Assembly: GCA_045531815.1 (NCBI GenBank)
Contig: JAZSER010000043.1
Coordinates: 2,297-66,296, forward strand
Direction of reading: 5' to 3'
Length of the DNA stretch: 64,000 bases
From: Faecousia sp.
GTDB taxonomy: Bacteria; Bacillota; Clostridia; Oscillospirales; Oscillospiraceae
Of the stretch, positions 1 through 10,533 are shown piece by piece. The notes beneath the pieces were generated by a model that did not search any database, had not been told where the DNA came from, and saw only the letters and a list, made by a program, of their open reading frames with translations. Position 1 is the stretch's first letter, and each line of letters opens with the position of its first letter. Both the position numbers and the translations under genes were made by a program.

Positions 1-538
1 TCCAGGTTTTGTTTTGCAGCACGGGCATTTGCCGCGTTGTTATGCTGATTGCATCCAGCAACGCATTTAACCCCCGCTTGCGGCTTGCAGATGTGGGTAT
101 CACCGGGACGCCAAGCTGTCCCGACAAAGCATCCACATCGATAGCCAGACCGTTTCTCTCTGCCTCATCCATAAGATTCAGGCACACAACGACCCTATCG
201 CATTTTTCAACCACTTGCAAAGCAAGAATCAAGCTTCGTTCCAGGCAGCTCGCATCGCAAACCACAGCTACGCAATCCGGAGAAGAGGCCGACAGATACT
301 CCCCTACGATCCTTTCGTCCTCAGAAACACCGTCTAATGTATAAGTACCGGGCAAATCCACCAGGGTATACGCTTCACCGCAATGCGTCAGTGTTCCACA
401 AGCACTGCCGACGGTCTTTCCCGGCCAATTCCCTGTATGTTGCCGCGAACCTGTCAACGCATTAAACAGCGTACTTTTTCCCACATTGGGATTTCCTATC
501 AGGACAACCGTCTTTGGCTCTGCAGATTGCCGAGGCAT
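1..538 (-). CDS. feoB: Ferrous iron transporter FeoB, N-terminal GTPase domain (runs off window)
   Basis: Manual translation from ATG 538: MPRQSAEPKTVVLIGNPNVGKSTLFNALTGSRQHTGNWPGKTV...LVDLPGTY (FeoB G1/G2/G3 motifs); directly follows feoA stop. Confidence 0.92.
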   Translation of the reverse strand, partial: MPRQSAEPKTVVLIGNPNVGKSTLFNALTGSRQHTGNWPGKTVGSACGTLTHCGEAYTLVDLPGTYTLDGVSEDERIVGEYLSASSPDCVAVVCDASCLERSLILALQVVEKCDRVVVCLNLMDEAERNGLAIDVDALSGQLGVPVIPTSASRKRGLNALLDAISITTRQMPVLQNKTW

Positions 539-766
539 TTAACAGCACCCCCAGATTTCTTTTAAGTCCTTTGTTCGCAAGGCAAGTACCGCGCCATGGG
601 CTTCCAGTGCTGTAACAGCACCATCCGGAGTCCGACAACAGCAAAGCACCCGCGTTCCCGGCACGATGCCAAATGCACGGATCCGCTTTGACAACAATGA
701 AGCTGTTTCGATTCTCTGTACAACTGCGCTTTGTTCAACGGGAAGAAGGTCCAAGGTAATCTCCAT
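539..766 (-). CDS. feoA: FeoA family protein
   Basis: 75 aa, 'KRIRAFGIVPGTRV...GAVLALR' FeoA pattern; GGAGGG RBS; abuts feoB. Confidence 0.88.
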   Translation of the reverse strand: MEITLDLLPVEQSAVVQRIETASLLSKRIRAFGIVPGTRVLCCCRTPDGAVTALEAHGAVLALRTKDLKEIWGCC

Positions 767-884
767 AATGTTCCCTCCATACTGATAGCTACCTCATCAT
801 ATCCGTCAGCTGGCGATCCTGTGCAAAAAATCTCTTTTCAGAATGAAAAAAGTATGCTAAACTGGTTGCGGAGGCGGATACCAT

Positions 885-1517
885 ATGAAGACAAAAGTCT
901 TGGAAATTATAGATATTTTAAAGAAGCAATACCCGGATGCCCCCTGTGCACTTCACTATCAGCACGATTACGAGTTAATGATCGCAGTTCGGTTATCTGC
1001 GCAATGCACAGATGCCCGGGTCAATTTGGTGACACCTGCATTATTTAATGCGTATCCAACGCTGGAAGCTATGGCCAATGCCGATATTTCGGATGTGGAA
1101 AAGCAGATCCATTCCTGCGGATTTTACCGACAGAAGGCAAAGGATATCGTCCTTGCCTGCCAAATGCTTCTGCAAGAGTATAACAGTGTCGTTCCCGGTA
1201 CAATGGAGGAATTGCTCCGTTTGCCCGGTGTTGGAAGAAAAACTGCGAATCTTCTTTTGGGCGATCTATACAACGTTCCCGGGAGCGTTGTCTGCGATAC
1301 CCATTGCATCCGAATCTGCGGCAAACTGGGACTTTCAAAAGGAAAAGAACCGGAAAAGGTAGAAAAGCAACTTCGAAAAATACTTCCTCCTGAGGAAAGC
1401 TCTGATTTTTGTCACAGGATCGTCCTCTTCGGAAGAGAAACCTGCATTGCAAGGAATCCCAAGTGCGGCAGCTGCCCCCTGGCACATCTTTGCAAAGAGT
1501 TTAGCGGTCATGCATGA
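885..1517 (+). CDS. nth: Endonuclease III (HhH-GPD glycosylase with 4Fe-4S cluster)
   Basis: LSAQCTDARVN, LPGVGRKTAN HhH, CDTH, C-x6-C-x2-C-x5-C. Confidence 0.96.
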   Translation: MKTKVLEIIDILKKQYPDAPCALHYQHDYELMIAVRLSAQCTDARVNLVTPALFNAYPTLEAMANADISDVEKQIHSCGFYRQKAKDIVLACQMLLQEYNSVVPGTMEELLRLPGVGRKTANLLLGDLYNVPGSVVCDTHCIRICGKLGLSKGKEPEKVEKQLRKILPPEESSDFCHRIVLFGRETCIARNPKCGSCPLAHLCKEFSGHA

Positions 1518-1544
1518 ATAAGCCCCCTCCTGTCCGCATAGCAT
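1518..1544 (+). promoter_or_regulatory. Putative sigma-E-type sporulation promoter of the spoVB-like gene
   Basis: ATA-16 nt-CATAGCAT just upstream of AGGAGG RBS; resembles the sigma-E consensus, and B. subtilis spoVB is sigma-E dependent. Confidence 0.5.
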
Positions 1545-1564
1545 GGGACAAGGAGGGGATCTTT

Positions 1565-3082
1565 TTGCAAAAAAAGTTACCGATATTCTACAATGCTTTG
1601 TTGCTCACCGGAATCAACCTGTTGCTACGGTTTGTATCCACATCCTTTCAGGTATTCCTGTCAGGAAGGATCGGTGCAGCCGGGATCGGTCTTTTGCAGC
1701 TGGTCATGTCTACAGGCTCTATGGCCATGACGGCCGGAATGGCAGGTATCCGCACAGCTACTATGTACCTGACCGCAGAAGAATTGGGACACAAGCAGCC
1801 GGAGAATATCACCCGAGTTCTTTCCGGCTGTATTACATACAGTATCCTTTGCAGCGGCATGATCAGCATCCTTTTGGTTGTAGCTGCACCTTGGATCGCG
1901 GAAAACTGGATCGGTGATCTACGCACCATCCCTTCTCTTCGTCTGTATGCATGCTTCATTCCCGTTACCTGTTTGTGCGGAGTGATGATCGGTTACTTCA
2001 CAGCAGCCAACCGCATTGGCACACTGGCCGCTGTAGAGATCGCTGAGCAGCTTTTTTATATTCTGGTCAGTTTGTTGCTTCTAACATTCTGGGCTGGTAC
2101 AGACGCCACAAAAGCCTGTCAGAGTCTTATTCTGGGCAGCGGCTTCAGTTCTTGCCTCACATTGCTGTGCCTTATGGCTCTAAGAATAATCGCAAAGCCA
2201 CCCCAGGGTCCTGGACAGCCCGTGAGAAAACGGCTGCTGGACACAGCAATTCCCCTGGCCCTTGCGGATGATCTTCGCACGGGGATCTCCACCACTGAAA
2301 ATCTGATGGTCCCCAAAAGACTTGCGCTCTTTCCCGGTGCTGTCGATCCCCTTGCCACCTTTGGAACAGTTTGCGGAATGGTTTTTCCGGTCATCATGTT
2401 CCCTGCTTCCATTCTGTTCGGACTTGCTGAACTCCTGATTCCGGAGCTGGCGCGTTGCGCAGCAGCTGCAAGTCACAAACGCATCCAATATCTTGTTAAA
2501 AGATGCTTGCGGGTGGCACTGTTGCACGGATGTCTGTTTTCCGGGCTCATTTTCTTACTGGCAGAAGAACTGACTTTATGGCTGTACAAAAGTACAGATG
2601 CAGCGCACTATCTAAAAATGTATGCACTACTGATTCCGATGCTGTACTGCGATGCGATCACGGATGCTATGACCAAAGGGTTGGGACAGCAAAAAGCTTG
2701 CGTACGCTACAATATTATCACATCCGCAATGGATGTGGTTTTCCTGTTTTTCCTGCTGCCAAAGTACGGTATGGGCGGGTATTTCTTCAGCTTTCTCGTG
2801 ACCCATCTGTTAAACTTTATCCTGAGTCTCAGACGGCTGCTGCGAATCGTCGGCAAAGTCGTATCGCCAGTCACTGCCTTCTTTTCAGCTGGAAGTGCAG
2901 CTGCGTCTATACTGATTGCTGCCATTCTCCCCAACCCCATCCTGCGCTGCTGCGTCTTTCTTGTGGCCTTTGGTTGTATGCTGACTCTGTTGGGCGTCAT
3001 AAGCAAAGAAGACTATACATGGCTGAAAGGTCTGATATCAGCAAGACAGGAGCACAGTCCTATTCCATCTCCTTCACAGTAG
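1565..3082 (+). CDS. SpoVB-like MOP/MATE-superfamily flippase
   Basis: Many TM helices; 'NALLLTGINLLLR...RIGAAGIGLLQL', 'KGLGQQK...NII'; TTG start at 1565 after AGGAGG. Confidence 0.8.
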   Translation: MQKKLPIFYNALLLTGINLLLRFVSTSFQVFLSGRIGAAGIGLLQLVMSTGSMAMTAGMAGIRTATMYLTAEELGHKQPENITRVLSGCITYSILCSGMISILLVVAAPWIAENWIGDLRTIPSLRLYACFIPVTCLCGVMIGYFTAANRIGTLAAVEIAEQLFYILVSLLLLTFWAGTDATKACQSLILGSGFSSCLTLLCLMALRIIAKPPQGPGQPVRKRLLDTAIPLALADDLRTGISTTENLMVPKRLALFPGAVDPLATFGTVCGMVFPVIMFPASILFGLAELLIPELARCAAAASHKRIQYLVKRCLRVALLHGCLFSGLIFLLAEELTLWLYKSTDAAHYLKMYALLIPMLYCDAITDAMTKGLGQQKACVRYNIITSAMDVVFLFFLLPKYGMGGYFFSFLVTHLLNFILSLRRLLRIVGKVVSPVTAFFSAGSAAASILIAAILPNPILRCCVFLVAFGCMLTLLGVISKEDYTWLKGLISARQEHSPIPSPSQ

Positions 3083-3099
3083 CGCCCTAAAAAAGAAAT

Positions 3100-3129
3100 G
3101 CCCTGTTTTGGAAATCACCAAAACAGGGC
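3100..3129. terminator. Hairpin terminator between convergent genes
   Basis: GCCCTGTTTTG-loop-CAAAACAGGGC. Confidence 0.7.
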
Positions 3130-3134
3130 TGGTT

Positions 3135-4565
3135 TTATAGTGCTTTTAGGACTTCCAGCATAAAGGGCCAGAAGCGCTTGACCGAATCGATGCTGAGAAC
3201 TTCATTGCTTGTATGCAGCTTCATCACACTTGGTCCTGCAGAAACACAATCCAATTCAGGCAGTTTCTCGCAGAACACTCCACATTCCAATCCCGCATGG
3301 CTGACTTTCACATTGGGAGCAGCGCCGTAATGCCGCTGATATACATCGACCATACGCTTTCGGAACTCGGAATCTTCACGGTATTCCCACGCAGAGTACA
3401 CACCATACGTTTCATAATAAATATCGAAGGTGTCGCACAACTGACGGAGTTGTTCCATAACCATATCCCGCTCAGCATTCACATTGCTACGGATCTGAGC
3501 CGTAACAGAAAAAGAGAATCCAAATTCCGCAATGCCAATATTCACACTGGTAAGAGGAGTATGATCCATACCGGGCCACCAGGACAGCACTCCATTGGGA
3601 AGCGCTTTTAAAAATGCAATGATCTGTGCGGAACGCTCAGCTGAAATCGAGTACAGCATCTGCTGTCCCTTGGAAATCACTTCGATTTTTAAGCCCGGCT
3701 CGTCATATGCAGACATAAGCTCGTTGGCATACTGATCGCAGATACTTTGGAGCTCACCGAGTTCCATCATTGTGGTAAACGATGCACTGCAGCTGTCGGG
3801 GATCGCATTGGTCGCACCACCACCGCTCAAAGAAACCAGCGCAAGCGGCTCCAATCGATCAAGAAGTTCCGCCATAGCTTTAATGGCATTGGCATAGTTC
3901 ATCTTAATCAAGCCACCGGAATGACCGCCATGCAGCCCGGTCATCTCAATGCAAAACAGCGGTGCTTCATATGACATATGAAACAAGTCCAAGCTCATTG
4001 TCACGCGGGCGCTTCCTGCACATCCGGCAGTAATGGATGTATCCCGGAGGGTGTCCAGATTCCACAATCTTCTTCCCCTCAGCATAGAAACATCAATGGC
4101 ATGGGCTCCAAGCATACCGATCTCCTCATCGGAGGTAAAAATCACCTCCAGCGGAGGATGGGCTATGCTGTCATCCGCCAGGACTGCCAGTGCAAGCGCA
4201 ACGCCAATACCGTCGTCGCCACCCAAACTTGTGCCCTTGGCGAAGATGAATTCTCCGTCATGAGCCAGGTCAAGAGGGTCTTTTGCCATATTCTTTGTGC
4301 ATCCCTCCTCTTTCCGGCAGACCATATCCATATGCGCCTGCAAGATCAGGGGTGGGTGGTCCTCATAGCCGGTGCTTGCCTCTTTGAAAAGAATTACATT
4401 ATCAGACACATCCTGGATGTAACGCAAGTTATTTTTCTTCGCAAAAGAAACAAAATAGTCGCTGATCTTCTTAGTTTTTCCAGAGCCACGGGGAATGGCG
4501 CAGAGCTTTTCAAATTGAGAAAACACTACCTGCGGTTCTAAACCTGCCAGAACATTTACTTCCAT
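3135..4565 (-). CDS. pepD: Aminoacyl-histidine dipeptidase (M20), divergent paralog
   Basis: QAHMDMV, LGGDDGIG, DEEIG, HAGLECG, LHTSNE motifs. Confidence 0.85.
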   Translation of the reverse strand: MEVNVLAGLEPQVVFSQFEKLCAIPRGSGKTKKISDYFVSFAKKNNLRYIQDVSDNVILFKEASTGYEDHPPLILQAHMDMVCRKEEGCTKNMAKDPLDLAHDGEFIFAKGTSLGGDDGIGVALALAVLADDSIAHPPLEVIFTSDEEIGMLGAHAIDVSMLRGRRLWNLDTLRDTSITAGCAGSARVTMSLDLFHMSYEAPLFCIEMTGLHGGHSGGLIKMNYANAIKAMAELLDRLEPLALVSLSGGGATNAIPDSCSASFTTMMELGELQSICDQYANELMSAYDEPGLKIEVISKGQQMLYSISAERSAQIIAFLKALPNGVLSWWPGMDHTPLTSVNIGIAEFGFSFSVTAQIRSNVNAERDMVMEQLRQLCDTFDIYYETYGVYSAWEYREDSEFRKRMVDVYQRHYGAAPNVKVSHAGLECGVFCEKLPELDCVSAGPSVMKLHTSNEVLSIDSVKRFWPFMLEVLKAL

Positions 4566-4577
4566 ATCATCCTCTCA

Positions 4578-6020
4578 TTACAGCGCCTTTAAAACCGAGA
4601 GCAGAAAATCCCATGTACGCTGGGTGGAGGCAATTCCCAGTCGCTCGCGGCTGGTGTGGATGTCGTGCATCTCAGGGCCAATGGAAACGCAATCCAATCC
4701 CGGCAGTTTTTCACTGAGCAAGCCGCACTCCAAGCCTGCATGGATCGCAACGATTTGCGGCTCAGCATTAAACATATCTCTGTAAACCTTCACCATGGTA
4801 TCGCGCAATACAGAGTCAGGCCGATACTCCCATGCTGGGTAGTCCCCTCTCTGCTCATATTTGGCATCATGGAATTTTGCTAGTTTTTCCAGTTTTGCAA
4901 GCAGTTCCAGTTTCTCCGTGTTCACGCTGCTGCGTACAGAGAATGTAAACACCATATTCTCTTCCAGCTTGGCAACACCCAAATTCAAACTTGTTTGAAC
5001 AAGGCCGGGGATATCCTTACTCATTGCCTGCACCCCGTTGGGTGCGCTGCACAGGATCGCGGTAACGGCGGCAGTTTGCTCTGCAGAAAGCGCATTTCCG
5101 CCAAGGGCATCTACGTTATCACCGTAGACAACGGCATCCGGTTCGTCATACTGTTCCCGAATCTCATTTTGTAGCTGTTGCGCGATCTCATTGATCCGTT
5201 CCGGATGCATTCCAAGCATGACCATAGTAGCCTGGCAAGAACGAGGGATCGCATTATCCTTGGCTCCACCGGAAAAAGATGTCAGACACACAGGCATCAA
5301 TTTTTGCACGCGTCCCAGCAGCTCACCCATAATTTTATTGGCATTTGCACGGTTTTTGTGGATCTCAACGCCGGAGTGTCCGCCCTGCAAACCATCAACC
5401 GTCAGACGGATGCAAGGACCATACACAGGGTGACGCTCTGCAGGAAGCGTAACGACAGCCGTCGCACCACCTGCACAGGAAACAGTAAATATTCCCTCTT
5501 CCTCAGAATCGATATTGATCAGTGTACGGCCCTTCAGCATTGACAAATCAATGTCAGCAGCACCGTACATGCCTGTTTCTTCGTCTACTGTAATAACAAC
5601 CTCCAGCGGAGGGTGAGGAATAGAATTGTCTGACAGCAGCGCCAGCGCATACGCCACAGCAATTCCGTCGTCACCGCCAAGGGTGGTGCCCTTAGCGAAC
5701 ACGTAGTCCCCGTCATGTGCCAGGTCCAGACCCTCTAGTTCCATATCCAGCTGGCAATCCTCATCCTTCTCACAAACCATATCCATATGGCCCTGAATAA
5801 TCACAGGAGGATGATCCTCATAGCCTGCAGTTCCAGGCTGAAACAAAATCACATTATTTACAGCATCCTGAATATATCGCAGCCCATGCTCGCGGGCAAA
5901 GCAGACCAAGTAATCGCTGATGGCTTTCGTATTTCCGGACCCGTGGGGAATCGCGCAGATCTGTTCAAAATACATAAAAACAGATTCCGGTGCAAGACCG
6001 GCAAGTTTTTTCCTATCCAT
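4578..6020 (-). CDS. pepD: Aminoacyl-histidine dipeptidase (M20)
   Basis: QGHMDMV, TTLGGDDGIA, DEETG, NIDSEEEG, IHAGLECG, DIHTSRE. Confidence 0.92.
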   Translation of the reverse strand: MDRKKLAGLAPESVFMYFEQICAIPHGSGNTKAISDYLVCFAREHGLRYIQDAVNNVILFQPGTAGYEDHPPVIIQGHMDMVCEKDEDCQLDMELEGLDLAHDGDYVFAKGTTLGGDDGIAVAYALALLSDNSIPHPPLEVVITVDEETGMYGAADIDLSMLKGRTLINIDSEEEGIFTVSCAGGATAVVTLPAERHPVYGPCIRLTVDGLQGGHSGVEIHKNRANANKIMGELLGRVQKLMPVCLTSFSGGAKDNAIPRSCQATMVMLGMHPERINEIAQQLQNEIREQYDEPDAVVYGDNVDALGGNALSAEQTAAVTAILCSAPNGVQAMSKDIPGLVQTSLNLGVAKLEENMVFTFSVRSSVNTEKLELLAKLEKLAKFHDAKYEQRGDYPAWEYRPDSVLRDTMVKVYRDMFNAEPQIVAIHAGLECGLLSEKLPGLDCVSIGPEMHDIHTSRERLGIASTQRTWDFLLSVLKAL

Positions 6021-6189
6021 AATGACACCTCATTCATCAGAATAACCTGATTTTAGCACAACCAAAACAGAAAGTCTATAACTCACTTTTAAATATATCC
6101 GCAAGCGAAATGCGACCATAGCATACCTGCAGCTTATCAAGCAAAAAATAGCCGCAGGACACGTCCCGCGGCTATTATATGGTCTTGAA

Positions 6190-6426
6190 TTAAATCAGGC
6201 TCAGAACCAGTGTCAGTGCAACCCAAACAAGTGCAACCCACTTGGTAGCAGATGCAAGCATCTTATCCAAGCCGCCCTTGCCGCTCTTGCTCATGTAAGA
6301 GTCGGAATTGCCGGCAATCGCACCGGACAGACCAGCTTCTTTACCGGACTGAAGCAGAACAACCAGGACTAGAGCCAGGCTGGCAATGACCTCCAGAACA
6401 GTCAAGATAATCTTAATTACTTCCAT
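6190..6426 (-). CDS. secG: Preprotein translocase subunit SecG
   Basis: 78 aa, two TM, 'VLLQSGKEAGLSGAIAG'; followed by hairpin ~6148-6175. Confidence 0.93.
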   Translation of the reverse strand: MEVIKIILTVLEVIASLALVLVVLLQSGKEAGLSGAIAGNSDSYMSKSGKGGLDKMLASATKWVALVWVALTLVLSLI

Positions 6427-6562
6427 GTTGTAAACCTCCCTCCGACAGCATATAAAACCGCATGCTGCGGATCAAATACAATTACCCATCATTTGGGTTA
6501 TAACAGCAGATATAATATCACAGGAAAAAATAAAAATCAAGAGCAAAATGCGTGATTTCCAA

Positions 6563-7690
6563 TTATTTTGTGACCCAATTTCCGGTAGCCGCACAAGTCA
6601 GGTAAGCGTTGATAAAGGGATCCAGCGCACCATCCATAACTGCATTGACATTAGATGTCTCGCAACCGGTACGGGTGTCCTTGACCAATGTATAGGGCAT
6701 AAAGACATAGTTACGGATCTGGCTACCCCACTCGATTTTTTTCTGTACACCCTTAATATCAGATATCTTATCCAAATGTTCACGCTCTTTGATCTCCACA
6801 AGCTTACTGCGGAGCATACGCAAACAGTTTTCTTTATTCTGGAACTGGCTGCGTTCCGTCTGGCAGGCAACTACGATGCCGGTTGCTTTGTGGATCAAGC
6901 GAACTGCAGAGCTGGTCTTATTGATATGCTGTCCACCAGCACCAGAGGAACGGAACACCTGCATCTCGTAATCTTCTGCTTTGATCTCAACATCCTGGCT
7001 ATCGTCCTGAATGTCCGGGATCACTTCAATTGCAGCAAAAGAAGTCTGCCGGCGGGCATTGGCATCAAACGGAGAAACACGCACCAATCGATGCACGCCA
7101 TTCTCTCCCTTCAGGAAGCCGTACGCATTGTCACCTTCAATGAGAATATCCGCCGACTTCAGACCTGCCTCGTCACCTTCCTGATAGTCCATGATCTTAT
7201 AGGTATAGCCATGGTCTTCTGCCCAGCGGGTATACATGCGGTACAGCATTTGGCACCAATCCTGCGCCTCGGTTCCACCGGCACCGGCCTGGAAAGAAAC
7301 CATCGCATTGTTGCTGTCATAGGTACCTGTGAGCAATGTCTGCAGGCGGCATGTTTCCATGTCTGCGGACAGCTTCTGGAAGCCCTCCTTCAGCTCATCG
7401 AGCATAGAGTCGTCATCTTCTTCTGCCGCCATTTCGCAGATCGTCATCAAATCATCCCATGCAGAGAGCATCTGCTCGTACTTTTCAATTTTGCTCTCAG
7501 TGGTTTTCGTCTTCACAACGACCTGCTGGCTTTTCTCAGGATTGTCCCAAAATCCCGGAGCCTCCTGCATAGCATGCAATCTTTCAAGTTCATTGCGAAG
7601 ACCCTCCACATTCAGAGAATCCGCAAGTCCCTCCAGCGCAGGATGCACCTCGTTCAGCTTTTGCTTGTATACATCAAATTCAATATTCAT
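6563..7690 (-). CDS. prfB: Peptide chain release factor 2 (uninterrupted ORF)
   Basis: SPF tripeptide, GGQ, GAGGTEAQDW, IEWGSQIR. Confidence 0.96.
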   Translation of the reverse strand: MNIEFDVYKQKLNEVHPALEGLADSLNVEGLRNELERLHAMQEAPGFWDNPEKSQQVVVKTKTTESKIEKYEQMLSAWDDLMTICEMAAEEDDDSMLDELKEGFQKLSADMETCRLQTLLTGTYDSNNAMVSFQAGAGGTEAQDWCQMLYRMYTRWAEDHGYTYKIMDYQEGDEAGLKSADILIEGDNAYGFLKGENGVHRLVRVSPFDANARRQTSFAAIEVIPDIQDDSQDVEIKAEDYEMQVFRSSGAGGQHINKTSSAVRLIHKATGIVVACQTERSQFQNKENCLRMLRSKLVEIKEREHLDKISDIKGVQKKIEWGSQIRNYVFMPYTLVKDTRTGCETSNVNAVMDGALDPFINAYLTCAATGNWVTK

Positions 7691-7812
7691 GGGTCGATAC
7701 CCTCGTTTCTTCAGAATATTCAATTTATTATATCCGAAAAAAACGATTCTGTAAAGTATTTTTCACGATATAAACGCTGTGAGCCTGCCGCGAAAGCGGC
7801 AGGCTCGAATCA

Positions 7813-9027
7813 TTATTTTGCTGCACCGGCTGCAAGCATTGCTTCGATCTGCTCTTCGGAGTAACCGATCTCAGCCAAAACCTTTCTGGTATGTGCGCCA
7901 ATGCCTGCGGCAGGAACTGTCTTCAGTTCGCCAACAGACTTCATTTCAATGGGGCTGGTAGGCATAATGTCCGTGTTGCCGTTGGCAAAGGTGACTTTTT
8001 CCAGGTAGCCGTTTGCCCAAGCCTGCTCATCCTCATAGACAGATCCGTAAGTATTCAGGCGGATGATGGGGAAATCATGCTCCACGCCCTTCTCCAGCCA
8101 GTAATCACTGGTATTCTGCAAAAATGCCTCTTTACAGATCTCGTAAATGCCTTCCTTATCCACCACCTTCATATCCGGTGTCAGATAGTTGGGATCGGTA
8201 GCAATATCGGATCTTCCCAATGCGGCAAGCATATCCGGGATCTTGGCAGGTGCGGAAGAAATACCAATGTACACCCACTGGTCATCGGAGCAGCGATACA
8301 TACCACCGGGTACGCTGTGCTCGATACGGGTAACGGGATACTTCTTACCAAAGGGACGCTGATTGATCAGGCTCATTGTGCCGGTGGCAAAAATGCCATT
8401 ATGGAACAAGCCGGAAGAAACAAGGTCGCCCTCACCAGTCTTTTCCTTGCGCAAAAGCGCAGCACAGATCTCAGCCAGCATGAGGTAACCGCAGACAGTG
8501 TCGCCCATGCTAAAGGGAGGATTGATCGGTGCGAAGTCATCTCTGCGCAGTGCCTGGTCATGCAGGAAGCCACTCTTGGACCAAAATGCCGTAGAATCAA
8601 AAGCAGGCTTCTGGGAATCAGGACCCTTCTCGCCATAGCCAAGGAGGATCGCGTAAATCAGCTTGGGGAACTTCTCACACAAGTCCTCATATGCCAAGCC
8701 CAGACGCTTCAGACCTGCGGGACGGGTATTGGTCAAGAATACATCTGCTTCCGACAAAAGCTTCATCATAGCTTCCTTACCCTCGGAAGTCTTCAGGTTC
8801 AGAGAAACAAACTCCTTACCTGTGTTATAAATGTCAAACACAGGGTTTTCTTCTTTGCAATAGCGAGTGGGCACATGATTGATGCCTGTCTGACGCCATG
8901 CGTCGCCATTGGGGGCTTCCAGCTTAATAACACGGGCGCCAAGGTCAGCCAGCAAGCGTCCGCAGGACGGAGCTGCGACAAAGGTTGCCAATTCTACAAC
9001 AGTAACACCGGATAACGGTTTTGCCAT
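7813..9027 (-). CDS. Family III CoA-transferase (CaiB/BaiF)
   Basis: PLSGVTVVEL..AAP..GRLLADLGARVIKLE, ADVFLTNTRP, GYGEKGP, PAFD. Confidence 0.9.
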   Translation of the reverse strand: MAKPLSGVTVVELATFVAAPSCGRLLADLGARVIKLEAPNGDAWRQTGINHVPTRYCKEENPVFDIYNTGKEFVSLNLKTSEGKEAMMKLLSEADVFLTNTRPAGLKRLGLAYEDLCEKFPKLIYAILLGYGEKGPDSQKPAFDSTAFWSKSGFLHDQALRRDDFAPINPPFSMGDTVCGYLMLAEICAALLRKEKTGEGDLVSSGLFHNGIFATGTMSLINQRPFGKKYPVTRIEHSVPGGMYRCSDDQWVYIGISSAPAKIPDMLAALGRSDIATDPNYLTPDMKVVDKEGIYEICKEAFLQNTSDYWLEKGVEHDFPIIRLNTYGSVYEDEQAWANGYLEKVTFANGNTDIMPTSPIEMKSVGELKTVPAAGIGAHTRKVLAEIGYSEEQIEAMLAAGAAK

Positions 9028-9087
9028 AATTCTTATACCTCCTGGATTGTCTGCTCCCACGGCTATACTGTGGAAGCAAGATGAATA

Positions 9088-10278
9088 TTACATACGCTCG
9101 AACAGAGAAGATACGCCGATACCGCCACCGCAGCAAGAAGAAATCATGCCAAACTGAGCGCCGGTGTTTTCCATGTGACGGATGGCAGACAGGGCAATAC
9201 GTCCACCGGAAGCACCGTTGGGGTGGCCAAAGGAAATTGCACCGCCATTGGGGTTCCAGCTATCCATGTTGATGGTCTCGCCGCTCATGATCTCCATCTG
9301 ACGGATAACACCCAGGTTCTGGGCAGCAAATGCTTCATTACACTCGTAAACGCCCACATCAGAGGGCTTCATGCCCAGCTTCTGCAAAACCTTCATGTTA
9401 GAGTAAGCAGGTCCGATACCCATCAGCTTGGGATCAACGCCAACATCAGAGCCGGCAACCCAACGAACAATGGGCGTGTAGCCCAGTGCCTTCGCCTTCT
9501 CTTCCGTCATCATCAGCAGTGCAGCACCACCGTCGTTACGGCCGGAGGCGTTACCGGCAGTAGTCACACCGCCTTCATAAATCGCCTTCAGCTTTGCCAG
9601 TGCCTCGGCAGTAGTCTGAGGCCGGGGATGCTCGTCCTTGGCAACAACGACCTCGGGGGTCTTCTTGGTAGCAGGGATCACCACGGGAACGACCTGGTTG
9701 TCCAGGAATCCGCTCTCCATAGCCTTGTGAGTCAGCTGCTGGCTGCGCAGTGCATATGCGTCGCACTCCTCACGGGTAATGCCCCACTTCTTAGCCATCA
9801 AGTCTGCAACCTGGATCATGATCAGATTATCCTCGGGCTTGGGAGCCAGATTGTTTTCAAATGCAGTAGGAGGTGTCATCTTGTAGGGGTCCTGAGAGGT
9901 GGAGAACTTAAAGAACAGCTGGCTGAAGGTCTCAGCGCCACCGACCACAACACACTCTGCATCACCGGCAAGGATCCGGTATGCGGCATGATTGATACAT
10001 GCAATGGCAGAACCGCACTGCATCTCAACAGATGCAGCAGAGGTCTCATAGGGCAGCTCTGCAAGCAAAGATGCATAACGGGCCAGGTTGGGGCATCTTG
10101 CGTCACCCTTTGCAGAGCCCATATATACAGCGTCGATCTCCTTGGGATCAAGTTGTGTGCGCTCCATCAGTGCTTTGATCGCAATGGATGCCAGGTCAGC
10201 GGTGTGGAACTGGCGCAAGCCACCGCCCAACTTACCGAACGGAGTACGAACACCATCAACAATAACAATGTTTTTCAT
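9088..10278 (-). CDS. Acetyl-CoA acyltransferase (thiolase)
   Basis: RTPFG, QCGSA (catalytic Cys), NEAFA, GHPNGASG, CCGGG. Confidence 0.93.
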   Translation of the reverse strand: MKNIVIVDGVRTPFGKLGGGLRQFHTADLASIAIKALMERTQLDPKEIDAVYMGSAKGDARCPNLARYASLLAELPYETSAASVEMQCGSAIACINHAAYRILAGDAECVVVGGAETFSQLFFKFSTSQDPYKMTPPTAFENNLAPKPEDNLIMIQVADLMAKKWGITREECDAYALRSQQLTHKAMESGFLDNQVVPVVIPATKKTPEVVVAKDEHPRPQTTAEALAKLKAIYEGGVTTAGNASGRNDGGAALLMMTEEKAKALGYTPIVRWVAGSDVGVDPKLMGIGPAYSNMKVLQKLGMKPSDVGVYECNEAFAAQNLGVIRQMEIMSGETINMDSWNPNGGAISFGHPNGASGGRIALSAIRHMENTGAQFGMISSCCGGGIGVSSLFERM

Positions 10279-10445
10279 GATTGATTCTCCTCTTCATTTT
10301 TTGCTTGGTAGGCATTTTAAGCTATAATAAGCATAACACACAGCGGATTTTCTGTCAATTGTCAAACCCTCCTCACTTCTGAAAAATGCCAGTGTTTTTT
10401 CATTCATAATGGACAAAAAATGTGCTACCTAAATAAGGTTCCCGC

Positions 10446-10474
10446 TTGACACAGGCACTGCATTGGAATACAAT
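10446..10474 (+). promoter_or_regulatory. Sigma-A promoter of SDR gene
   Basis: TTGACA-17 nt-TACAAT. Confidence 0.7.
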
Positions 10475-10533
10475 GTAGAATATATTGATATGAATGCAAT
10501 GTTCAGCACAATTTAAATCAGGAGGAAAGAAAG

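Noticed and set aside
6548-7864. 438-aa plus-strand ORF and similar long shadow ORFs (7891-9015, 9175-10284, 13076-14314, 35272-36693, 48990-50198, 61511-62836)
   Set aside because: Antisense to well-supported genes, no motifs; expected from codon bias.
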